A stretch of 64,000 nt of DNA from Guillardia theta CCMP2712 (Eukaryota > Protista > Cryptophyta): the NCBI RefSeq assembly GCF_000315625.1, contig NW_005434592.1:177225-241224 (forward strand). Reading direction: 5' to 3'. Shown here in pieces: positions 53,401 to 64,000 of the stretch (position 1 is the first letter of the stretch; every line of letters begins with the position of its first letter). The position numbers and the translations under genes were made by a program. The notes below the pieces were generated by a model. It saw only the letters and a list, made by a program, of their open reading frames with translations, did no database searches and was not told the DNA's origin.

Positions 53401-54474
53401 TCCGCTACCATGCCGTACTTGGCATAGAGGATCTTGGGAGGGCCCTGCTCGGTAGCTCGGATGGGGCAGTTGACCCGCCTCATGAGGTTCATGTACTCGA
53501 GGAGAGCTTCACCTGCCCTCATGACCTTGGGGTCGTCGAGCGGCTGAACTTCCAAGGCATCAGAGTCTGAATCTGAAGGAACCACGTCGTTCCTTGATCC
53601 AAATACATGGTCGGCGAGGTTGGCAAACGTAGCAGGGCACCAGGCCTTCTCTCCGCTTGGACCATTCTTGCTCAAAACGTAGGAGGCGAACATGGCACGG
53701 ATGCTCTCGAGGCAGGGGTAGCTGCACCTCATCTGCAGCTCGGGGTTCGAGTCCACATGGATCACGTCTGTGTATCCCTTTGAGAAGCATTGGCAGGTAT
53801 TCGAGCCTAGTGTAACCTTTCCCTCTACGGTCTCGGTGGATGTGGAGAGAAGGCAACTCCCGACCACTGCTAGACATGGGTGCTTGAGGAAACCGCAGGA
53901 CTCAGTTACATCTGTGTCCTCGTCTAGCGTATCAGCATTGAACCCCACTGCCTTGGTGAACGATCTTGACTGGGCAACAAAGGGCAGGATATCGGCGTCC
54001 TTGGGTTGTTTGGAGGCGTCAGTTGGGGCAACAGGAGCTGATATCAGTCCTGCATTCTCAATCTGAACCATTTCAATGACATCTGCGCGATTCGCAAGCG
54101 AAACGATGGTAGCCAATACCAACAAAGCCATAGTACCTAGCAGACAATCAGGCCGTGTGGGAGCCATACGTTGGAAAGTTGATAGAACAAATCATCAGGA
54201 GACACTTGACATTCATGTAAGACAGAGAAGAAGTACAACAGGCTCCTTGGAATGAACCAAAGAGGTCGCAACAACACGGCAAACAGTCGGCATGCCACAA
54301 GCAGAATAAGACAAAGTCTTGGTGAGCGTAGTAAAGTCTACCTGATATGATAGCGACGGTCTTCGCCGATCTCTTGCTGTTCCATGATCGAGTAGTTCCT
54401 CCTCCTCCTCCTCCTCCTCCTCCTCCTCCTCCTCCTCGTCCTTCCTGGGCCATTGTACCGTACCCGCCTGCCAT
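50404..54474 (-). CDS. Membrane-anchored papain-family (C1A, cathepsin B/C-like) cysteine protease with EGF repeats and C-terminal beta domains
   Basis: DQGSCGSCYAF (catalytic Cys), GCDGGWP, GGHAVVLVGWG (His), YWLVQNSWG (Asn), GSNECGIE; two EGF-like repeats; main ORF 51381-54167 plus a short first exon and several 3' exons. Confidence 0.9.
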
Positions 54475-54699
54475 AGCCCAATCCCCCAATACCTCCACCA
54501 CCTACCCCGTACAAAAGACTATTTGATTTTCGCTGTACCCCCACCCACTCAATTCATATATTTATTATAACACCGGTATGGTCTTAAAACGACCATATCC
54601 ACCCCATGGGAATTATCACCCCCTAGATACCACGAAGGGTCAGACCACCCCGACCTGGCAAACGAAAGGAGAAATCACGGGTACTCATCACCTTGTCAA

Positions 54700-55590
54700 G
54701 TCCGGAGGCGGACGGGCCCGGCCGGTCGGAGCCTCCGCCGTCGGAGCTCGGAGACTGAGATGACAGCCACTCAGTAGGCTTTGAGCCTGAGTGGCAAGTT
54801 ACTCTTCAAAGTTAGTCACTAACTTAAAACTTGAATCATAACCCCGGAGGACAATCATTGGCACTCTCCCGGTGATCTTTACTCAACTTGCCAAAGTTAA
54901 CTTCATTAAAGATCAGTACGAGGACAACTTTCAAGTTCAGGAGACTCAGTTGCGCCGGCCAGGCTTCCGACCGGGTGACCCGTCACCGATCACGGCCCGC
55001 CCGGTGCCCCCGTGACTGCGGCGACGGTGGCACCGGGGCCCGGTCAGGGCCCGGGGCCGGTCAGGCGGCGACCGTCCGGCGAACCGTCCGGAACTTCCCG
55101 GAAACTTGCGCCCCAGTGTCACAGTGTGTCTCGGAACCCGGGCCGGCCCGGCGGGCGGCGCGGCGACGTGTGACCGTCGGACGGTCGGGACACTGAGCTT
55201 AGGCTAGTTACTGTTACCAGGCTACTAGCCTGAGCCCACCCGCCGCGGCCGCCGGTCCGACCGCCGTAATCCCGGATGATCATCGGATCACTCAGTGAAT
55301 CACCGTCACGGCCGGGCGGATCCGATCTGCCCCGCCGGGACTGGCAACCCCGCGGGCCCGAGTCAGGCTCGCCGCCGTCACACGCGTGACGGGCGGCCGG
55401 CGTCCGTCGGACCGTACCGAACGGCCAGTGTCGGCGGACTCGCCTAGTACGGTAAGGCGCCGCGGCGGCGACTCTGAGCCGAGCCTGAGGGCCCGTGCGC
55501 AGACGGAATGGTCAACGGAACTTCCGAAGTTCAGCGGCCGCCGCGCCGCATTCGCGGCACGGCCACGGGCCGCGCCGACAAGGCAAGATT
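54700..55590. repeat. Large micro-palindrome island with the shared boundary motif
   Basis: CTTTACTCAA 54877, AGTACGAGGACAA 54915, TCAGGAGAC 54937, AGGCTACT 55219; dense CCGG/GGCC/GTGAC words. Confidence 0.65.
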
Positions 55591-55784
55591 CTTGATTCTA
55601 TTCCAAATTTGATGCCAGTATGCAACAACTTGGCTAACTCACAAACTTCAACAAGCCGATCAGATCGGATACATCTTGGACCGATCTTCTCACACTGAAT
55701 CTCGCCTCGCTAAGCGAAAACTAACGAGCCAGGGCCACAAGGCCCGATCATCTGCACCAACACGTCTGACGGTTTCCTCGGAGT

Positions 55785-56356
55785 CTAGAAGTCGGAGACT
55801 CGCCTGCCATCACAACATATAATCAGCGAAATATTGAAGAAATATTGGAACACCATCTGGTAGAGATATTGAACATTGCTTATACATCGAACAACCATCG
55901 AACATATTTGATGATACTGCATTCAGCTCAAACATCATAATCATACCCGTTGAGCTCCCAGTCTCCGAACCTTGTTGGCTCTGCACCTCGCAAAGATCCT
56001 TTCGGCCCTCCGATCTCACCCGTCTCTTTGTTCTGCCATGGCGTGAAATCATCATCATCATCCACTGTGTCGACATGCATATCCGCCAGCTCCTCCATCG
56101 CCTTCTCCTCCATGTTTTTCATCATCTTCGGCTCTGACTGGCTGGTGCCACAACCGCTGCCACCTCGAAGCTTCCACATCTCTGAAGTAGCAGCGTTTGG
56201 ATTGCTCGAAGAAGCCTTGTCTCTCAATGGCACGCTCGAACTCAACTTTGCTATCCTGGCATATCCAAAGCCCGCAGGCGTCCTGAGATGAGGTCTATGC
56301 AATGATCCAATGGCTGAACGCAGCAAGTTGCAAGTGCCTCGGTATGAAGGTCGCAT
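55785..56356 (-). CDS. SDHAF4: Succinate dehydrogenase assembly factor 4 (DUF1674), mitochondrial
   Basis: Arg/Ser-rich presequence; NKETGEIGGPKG..EPTRFGDWELNG, intron, then RVSDF-stop. Confidence 0.9.
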
Positions 56357-57001
56357 ATCCGACAGTTCTGGATAAAAAATCATTACAATCAAGCGACATG
56401 TCTGATTCAGCTCATGAACATTCGCAGACGATAGGGTGTTGCACGAAATCAAAATAAGGAACAAAGACTGCCAGACAAGAGCACAGAGAGTATGAAAGAG
56501 GTTCTAGAGAGAAACATGTACATGTTGAGACAACTGCACGCGTTTTCTTCATTGGAAACAGATGACATGGATGGAGCGTTTGATTGACTTGATTCACATA
56601 AGGACCTAAGGGCTCTTGGTTCTTGCTCCGCTGCTTTTGTTTTGTACCTTCACTTAGTCCCTCCTGTTCTCCCTTGCTTTGTATGCATACCCCTCCTGCT
56701 CTCACTGCCGTTTACTCATCATTTCTATTTCATCCACACCATTCTCGTAAGTTTGCGTTGCACGCCATGGCCATGGGAGCGGTCATCAACTTCTTATTTC
56801 CTCAGCTACCTCCCCCTCCTGTCTCTCCCCGTCTTGTCTCTCCCCTCCTGTCTCTCCCTCCTGTCTCTCCCTCCTGTCTCTCCCTCCTACCTCTCCCGCA
56901 TCTCGCTCACTTTCCCTGTTGCCCATGGCCTTGAGCGTCTTGTAAAACTATTATAATCTTTGATGAGTAAACGTTTAGTCATTGCCGTTAAAACAGTAAC
57001 C

Positions 57002-58385
57002 ATGGGCAGGGCAGCGGCAGCAGGGGAGCGGCAGGTGGCGCGATGGCTGCAGAGTCGAGGGCTGACGGACGTGGATGCAGAGCGAGTAGAAGAAAGGTGG
57101 TTGTGGAGGAGGAGGAGGACTCTGTGACCCCGCTGCAGGCTGAAGGACGGCGTTCTGCTCGGGAATCTTCTGCTGGGGCTAGATCCTGGGTTGGACATGC
57201 GAGGCTTCAACCGACGAGTGCTCTCCCGCAAGCCTGCCTTGTCAAATCTAGAGATGATCTTGAGTGCGGTGTGGAGGAAGGGAGCGCTGGGAAAGGCGAT
57301 GCCATCCGCTGCTGAGATCTACGATGGCCGTCGAGACAAGATCTTCTCGCTGCTCCGAATGATCATTGAGGTCTATGTTCTCCGTCCTGCGAGGAAGAAG
57401 CATCGCGAGATGTTGCAGGTGAAGGACGATGATGGAAAGATGTGCGATCGTCAATGACGCTGATCGCAGTGGATCCACAAAGTGATCTCACCCTACAACA
57501 TGGAACTTCCAAAGAATGTACGTGCCTGCCGACATCTTCATCCTCTTACGTGCATCATCAGGTGTTGAGCGCCGATCTTGACAGTCCGACAGGAGTGACA
57601 ACAGTCTGGCAAGCTCTTAGCAATGGAGTTGTGCTGTAAGCATCCGGCTCCTTGTCTATCATGCTGACTCTCGCTCCTCTCCTCTCCCCTTCAGTTTCTG
57701 CGTCCTGCACAGCTGCTGGCCAGCGTCCCTTCGTCCCGCTCCTCATGCTTCCTCCTTGTATTTCGCTCCGACTTCACGTGATGAGGTTCTGAGCAACCTG
57801 GACATTGTCTTCGGATGTCTGCAAGAGCTGCAGGAAAGTTGAAGAGGAGAAACAAGATCAACAGGAGGAGGAGATGGTGGTTGTGATGAAGGAAGAGCAG
57901 AAGGGTGATAAGAAGGAGGGGCGAAGGGAGGGAGAGGAGGAGGAGGAGGAGGGGGAGGGGGAGGAGGAGGAGGAGTTGACAGCTCCAACAGATCTCAGTC
58001 ATCATCGAGCCGAAGGAATTTCTGCTGAGGCCTTCAGATGACATCTTCCTCTTGCAACTCAATCTCATCTTCACTTGCCTCTACAACCGCCATGGGCAAC
58101 ACGCTGGGATCGACGTGCTGAGCCTGGGAGAGCTGAGGTTGAAGGACCAGAAGTTGTATGCCGAACAAGATGAGACTTGTTGCAGGTTCAAAGACCACAA
58201 TCGTCTGCAGGAGAGGTTGAACCGGATCATGGCAGCTCACAGCGCAAGGGCTGATGGTGAGGAGGTTGTGAGGGGCATGAAGAAGCGCTGATGAGGTTTC
58301 AGACTTGACAAGAGCAAAAGCTCTGCTGGAGGACGAATGCAAGGAGCTCCTGGAAATCAGATACGAAAAAGCGATGGAAGCGGTG
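57002..58385 (+). CDS. Tandem calponin-homology (CH)-like domain protein, truncated by the gap
   Basis: ALSNLEMILSAV..EIYDGRRDKIFSLLRMII (CH C-terminal half), MLQWIHKV, VWQALSNGVVLFCVLH, VLSNLDIVF; short introns; continues toward the N gap. Confidence 0.55.
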
Positions 58386-58494
58386 AGAGGATAATTGAGA
58401 CTTGTCCTGTTCCTCCCCCCCCCCCCCCCATAGTTTCATTGTTTTCCCTTGGACAACTCTCAATGTATTTCTGGGAAGTCTGAAAGAATTAAAA

Positions 58495-58594
58495 NNNNNN
58501 NNNNNNNNNNNNNNNNNNNNNNNNNNNNNNNNNNNNNNNNNNNNNNNNNNNNNNNNNNNNNNNNNNNNNNNNNNNNNNNNNNNNNNNNNNNNNN
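58495..58594. other. Assembly gap (100 N) flanked by low-quality poly-C sequence
   Basis: Direct read. Confidence 0.99.
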
Positions 58595-59005
58595 CCCCCC
58601 CCCCCCCCCCCCCCAACCACCCCCCACTTTTTTCCCACCAACCCCCCGCCGGTTGCCCGCAAAGGCTGGTTCCTTCCCTCTCAAATCCCCCCTCCCTCCC
58701 TAAATGGGCCCCACAACCCCCCCCCTTTTTTTTTTTTTTTTTTCCCACCGCCCCCCCCCCCTCTCCTCCATATCGTCCACCGCCACCACCACGACCTCCT
58801 CTTGTTTATATCGAGCGACTTCGCTGGTGAAATTTTCCTGACTACTTTGTACAGGCAAGCTACGAGATTCTAGCAACATGACAAGCATGGCTGCTTCTGC
58901 ATTTATTGTACATGACTGTAAATGTGAAATATCAAGTCTAGGATGAGGAAGAGGAGGAGACAAGGCGAGAAAGACTTGAGTGGATGCGAACAAGGGAAGC
59001 GACCG

Positions 59006-59556
59006 CTAGCAGGAGGCGCTGGTGGTGATGGAAACTCCAGAGGTGTCGAGGCATGGCAGTGAGAGAGGTTGCTGTAGCTCTGCTGGACATCTGCAGAAAG
59101 TTAGCAGGAGGGTACGACGAGGAGGGCAGGACCTGTCGACGTTCTCCACTTTAGTGAAGGAGAACTCGAAACAGCAGGAGTGACCCTGAGCCGCGTCCTC
59201 CACCCGTGACGCCAGTGTGTTGGCCTCCCTCGCAAAGACTGAGTGCAGCAGTGTCATGTGAGGAGTGACCGGAAAGGGGCAGGGGCAGGAGAAGTGGAGG
59301 AGGAGAGTGAAGGACGAGGTACCCTGTAAGCCCATCGTGTCCAAAGTCCTAGTGAGGCGGAGCATCTGCTGGAACGTGGGGTTGTGCAGCTGGGGCGAGG
59401 GGCGTCAGAACCAGAAGTGCTGCGTGGGGCGATACCTCAATGACAATCTCTTGGATGTTGAGACCTGCAGGACAGTGAGACAGAGCAAGGGCAGAGCAGG
59501 AAGTAGGAAGGAGCAATCAGAATCAAGAGTAAGAACCCAGAAAAGCGAAGAGTGGT

Positions 59557-59594
<38 letters not shown>

Positions 59595-60561
59595 CAGCAG
59601 CAGCAGCAGCGAGCAGCGAGCAGCAGCAGCGTCGTACCCTTGAGAGACTCTACGACTTCATACTCCTTCCCTTCGATGTCCATCTTTACAAAGTCGACCT
59701 GCGCCGCGTCACCTTCACCTCCCCCGGGCTCGCCTCACCCGACTGTGCCCGAGCTCTCTCATGATCGTCCTCATGGTTTTGATCTTTCCTCCCGCATCGT
59801 CCGCCGCTCCTGCCGTACCAGGAGCTCGGAGACTTCCCCTCCTCCTCCTCCTCCTCCTCCTCCACTTCCTTTTCTTGCAGCTAAAAGACTCCTCCTCATC
59901 CCCTTGGCCCCCTGCCCCTCGTCCTGCTCCTCCTCCTCTTCCCCCTTCCCATACTTTTCCTCCTCTCCCTCTCCGTCCTCGTCCCCCTGCCGTCAGGAGA
60001 CGCAACCTCCTGCTCCTCCTGCTCCTCCTGCTCCTCCTCCCCTTGCCACTCCCTCACCGATCCCCACGTTGTGAATCTTCCAGTTGGGCCGCGCGTCGAA
60101 GATATGCTGGATGCGCTTGATGGGCTCGGGGTCGATCTCGAAGGCGTGCAGGAGGCAGCCAACCTCTAGCGTTGAGACATCAGAAGGAGGAACAGGAGGA
60201 GGAGGAGGAGGAGGAGGAGGAGGAGCAGGAGAAGGAGCAGGAGCAGAAGGAGAAGGAGAAGGAGAAGGAGAAGGAGAAGGAGAAGGGGAAGGGGAAGGGG
60301 ATGGGGGCGGGGGGGAAGGGGAGGAGATCTCACTCTCTACCCCCAGCTCGAACGCCACGTCATCCCACGTCCCGAAGGAGTAGATGACGCAGGGAGGACG
60401 GAGCGTGTGCAGGCGGCAAGTCCACCTGGCGCCAGGAAGTCAAGTCGCTCCATGCCTTGCATGCTCTCTCCTACTTCCCTCCGTCGTAGAGCGGCCCCGC
60501 TCGCTGCATGGTGGGGCAGGAGAAGACTTCAGGGAAGAAGTACCAAACCTGGAAGAAACGT

Positions 60562-60645
<84 letters not shown>

Positions 60646-60721
60646 CAGGAGCAGCAGGAGCAGCAGGAGCAGCAGGAGCAGCAGCGGAAGGAGTAAGAGC
60701 AGGAGCAGCAGGAGCAGGAGC

Positions 60722-60758
<37 letters not shown>

Positions 60759-61402
60759 TGAGCACTGCAGTCAATCACCTTAGCAGGTTCGAACTGAAAA
60801 GGAACTTCTTTGAACATCCCTAGAGCGCTATCGTACCTGCATGGAGTTCAACGCCCGTCCTCTTCCTCTTGCTCCACCTCTTGCTCGGTTTCTCCGTCAC
60901 GCTCAGTCCTCGCTCCAGCTCCTTGTACTTGCACTGCGTCCGCATGGCACAGTCCCTGCGCTGACAGAAGTGCGAGAGGAGGAGCGAGTTGTGCTGCGTC
61001 ACTTGCGCCTAGAGGCGATGAATGTTCATGAGACTTGAATGGGGGGAGGAAGGGAGCGAGAGGGCGAGCGAGCGAGGGGAGCGAGGGGAGGGGAGGGAGG
61101 GGAGGGAGAGGAGGGGAACTTCTTACCTCTGTTCTCTTCGACGAGATCTCCTTAAGCTCTTTGTGCTCTTTAACCTTGTCCTGCAAGTTCTTCACCAGCC
61201 TCTCCAGTCGCTCCACCGTCGGCATCAAGCTCTCGTTTCTAGCAACCCCTGGGTCTGCATGCTCCAGCGTCGCCTCCTCCACGCGTCTGCTGCTCCTCCT
61301 CATCCTCGTCTGGACTAGGAGGGAGAGGAGAGGGAACAGCAGCAGTAGCGCCCACAGCGACAGCAGACGCCATCGTCCCCGCTGCCCCGCCCCACGCACC
61401 AT
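59006..61402 (-). CDS. Type II membrane SAM-dependent methyltransferase (METTL24/Methyltransf_22-like)
   Basis: N-terminal TM + coiled stem; PEVFSCP; PPCVIYSFG..VAFE; GCLLHAFE; KTMRTIMRELGH; VDFVKMDIEGKEYEV; FAREAN..CCFEFSF. Confidence 0.75.
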
Positions 61403-61459
61403 ACCCGCCCCCCTCCTACACCTGCCGTCTCCCCGACAATTTGCCCAGATTCCTTCCCC

Positions 61460-62746
61460 ATGGCAACGAGGCTGCAGCGGCTGGAGGAGGCGGCGGCCGA
61501 GGACAAGGGAGGACGGGGCATCGGGCCCCTGCTGAGGGAGGGAGAGCTCGAGGAAGCGACGAGGAGCCTGCAGCATGTCAGGGCCGTCGCCATTCTCACA
61601 GGCTACCCATGTTGCTCCTCTTCCCCCCCCACTGAGACCGATGGCCCCCCTGGTGCCCTCGCCATCGCCCGCGCGCTCATGCGCATGGGGAAGAGAGTCA
61701 TGCTGATGACGGACGAGATCAATCGTGAACCTATCGTGGCAGCAGAGGAGGAGGGGCGGAGGAGTTACGGGTGCGATCCAGTTCCGGTCCTCTCGTTCCC
61801 AGGAGGGAGCGTAAACGCGCAGGAGCTGGTGGAGTCGCTAGAGCTGGACTGCCTGATTGCCATAGAGAGAGCAGGGCCGGCGGAGGATGGAGGATACTAC
61901 ACTATGAGAGGAAGGGACATGTCGCTCTCGGTTCCCATCGCCAAGCTTGAGAGTCTGTTTGCATGCACGAGCAAGGACGGCAAATCGCTCGTGACTATCG
62001 TACCGCAGCATGTCAAGTGCTCCTCCTCTCACTCTGGGTTGGCAGGGTGTGGGAGACGGAGGCAACGAGGTCGGCATGGGCAAGCGCATCAAACTTGTTC
62101 GCGCGCATGTTCCGTTAGGGGACAAGATCGCATGCACAGTGAAGGTGAGGGAAAGGGTTCACGTTCGTGCTCAACGTTGTGCTGATGTTGTAACGTCAGG
62201 CGGACCACCTGATAGTTGCTGGAGTCTCCAACTGGGGAGGGTGGGCCCTTGCTCTTGCCCTCATGATCAGTCAGGTAGATTACCTTCCTGCCTCCCTCCT
62301 ATCCCACCATAGTAACGAAACAACTCTCCTCCATCTCTCGCGCTCCCCCGACTCCCTCTCCTCCCGTCTCCCTCTCCCTCCCCCTCCCCCTTCTTTCCTG
62401 CTCCTCGTTCCCCTCCCCGTTGCCTTTCCCAGTTGCCTTCCCTGTCCTCGCCACTCCTTCCCTCCTCCCGGCGTTTCCCCTGCTGATTTTCTTCCAGCAA
62501 TCTCACACGGACCCTCACGTTCTCAGCCTCGACGGCGAGAAGCGCATCCTGCAGGCGATGATCGCAGCTGGAGCTCGTGACGGGTGCGCCTGGTCCCTCC
62601 TGGTGCGAGCTCACTCCTTGTGCAGAGTCACGTCGAGCGACCAGCTCTCGGTGGACGGAATGCCGTGGGAGACGCATGAGGAACTCCTCAAGACGATGCT
62701 GAGCATAGCTAGCGATGAGGAAGAGATGAAGGATAGAGGAGGTTGA
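61460..62746 (+). CDS. DUF4392 / D-glutamate cyclase C-terminal-domain-like protein
   Basis: ILTGYPC..ETDGPPGALAIARAL, IAIERAG..DGGYYTMRGRDMS, GVGDGGNEVGMG, ADHLIVAGVSNWGG, GARDG..SVDGMP. Confidence 0.85.
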
Positions 62747-62813
62747 GAGCAGCAGGCAAGTTCGGGGAGGTATACAAGTGTACAGAAGAGAGAGGAATAT
62801 ACAGGGACGGAGA

Positions 62814-64000
62814 TCAACAAGCGACTGAGCTGCTCGTTGAGTTTGTGCTTGCTTGTCGGCCCGTCTGACGAAGGTACGGGTCCTGCCATGTCATCATCAG
62901 CCAGCTGGGGTCGAAGTGGAGGGGGCAGACCTGGAAGATGGTGAGGACGTTGGGTCTATCCTGCTGCTTGTACGAGAGGCACTTGCGGATGAATTCCTTG
63001 GCCTTGTCCGACACCTTGGGCACGTCTTTGCCCTCAGGGAAGGAAACGCTTGTCGACTTGGTGATGGTCTGCCATGCTCGAATCAGGCCGGCCTGTCGCA
63101 CCCAGCAAGACTTCACCTGGTCGCGCAGCATGTGATCCTGGGACATTCCATGCCCGAAGGGTTTTGTCCCGTAGAGCATCTGGTAGAAGATGACTCCAGC
63201 CGACCACACGTCAACCTTTGACGAGATCTTGGGGGGAGACGTTCCAACCTGCTCGCACATGTTTAAGATTGAGCGGCACGGCAGGGAGATGGCGGAGACC
63301 TCGAAGCATTCGGGAGGGAGATACCAGTAAGTTCCAGCTCCTTGAGAGGTCAGCTCGATCTCGTTGGAGTTTTCCGAGTGCTCTTCCATGACTTTGGATA
63401 GCCCGAAGTCAGAGATTTTCACCTCTCCTTTGTGAAAGAGGATGTTTCCAGGCTTTAGATCAAAATGAATGACCTGTGAGATAGTTCAACAGCGAGTTTG
63501 GCGGGAGAAACTCAAGAGGAGAGAGACTGGAAGGAGGAGATAGAGGACTTGGCATAGGGTGAAACAAAGCAAGGTATACGGAGAGGGACGCGAGGAAGAC
63601 AAGAAGGAGTGGAGAAGAGGCGCAACCTTCTGTTTCTGCTCATTGAGATATTTCAGTCCTGCAAACACTTGCATGATGATGGAACGAGCCTCGCGCTCTG
63701 AAATTGTCTTTCTCTCCTTGAGCACCTGATCAAGTACTCGTCACAAGCAGATGCAACGCTCTACAGACAGACCTGCTCTAGATCGCCTTCGTCACAATGC
63801 TCAAGCACGGTGCAGAACCCATTGGTAGAGACTTCAAAGACATCTATCAATCGAACTATCCTTGGATGGCACAACTTTTTCTGAATCTCGTATTCTCTTG
63901 TAGCGTGCTTCATGTAATTCGTTCGCTTCTCTTCCTTCCATTGAGGATTCAATTCGTGGATTTTACATGCGACATCCCTCATTTCAACCAAATCGAAGGC
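62814..64000 (-). CDS. TLK: Tousled-like kinase, 5' part outside the window
   Basis: [95 protein letters not shown]. Confidence 0.95.

Overview
Gene-dense, GC-rich eukaryotic nuclear DNA with many short (~40-100 nt) GT-AG introns, intronic microsatellites and two 100-N scaffold gaps. Signal peptide + Phe + transit-like presequences on plastid-type proteins suggest an alga with a red-derived complex plastid (cryptophyte, Guillardia-like; inference). About 20 genes are recognisable: an A1 aspartic-protease-like gene (partial), a PHD-chromobarrel-PHD-PhyH dioxygenase fusion, a CPFC glutaredoxin, CPSF100, a PME-1-like hydrolase, an EF-hand protein, ORMDL, a NEK kinase, RPL6, a PDZ-coiled-coil-PDZ protein, an apparently RING-less Nse1, a VIR3-like M41-domain protein, three near-identical CENP-B/pogo-type HTH genes, a decayed Crinkler-like gene, a HIL1/PGD1-like lipase, a multidomain C1A protease, SDHAF4, a tandem CH-domain protein, a METTL24-like methyltransferase, a DUF4392 protein and Tousled-like kinase (partial). 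Three observations stand out. (1) Each of the three CENP-B-like HTH genes is preceded by a 22-bp palindrome, TGACCTCT-N6-AGAGGTCA, in otherwise unrelated upstream DNA, a candidate regulator/operator system. (2) A non-JmjC Fe/2OG dioxygenase is fused to three histone-reader domains. (3) Recurring intergenic islands made of micro-palindromes share boundary motifs and appear to be rewritten by hairpin-forming insertions. Exon models and family calls were made by eye, without database searches.
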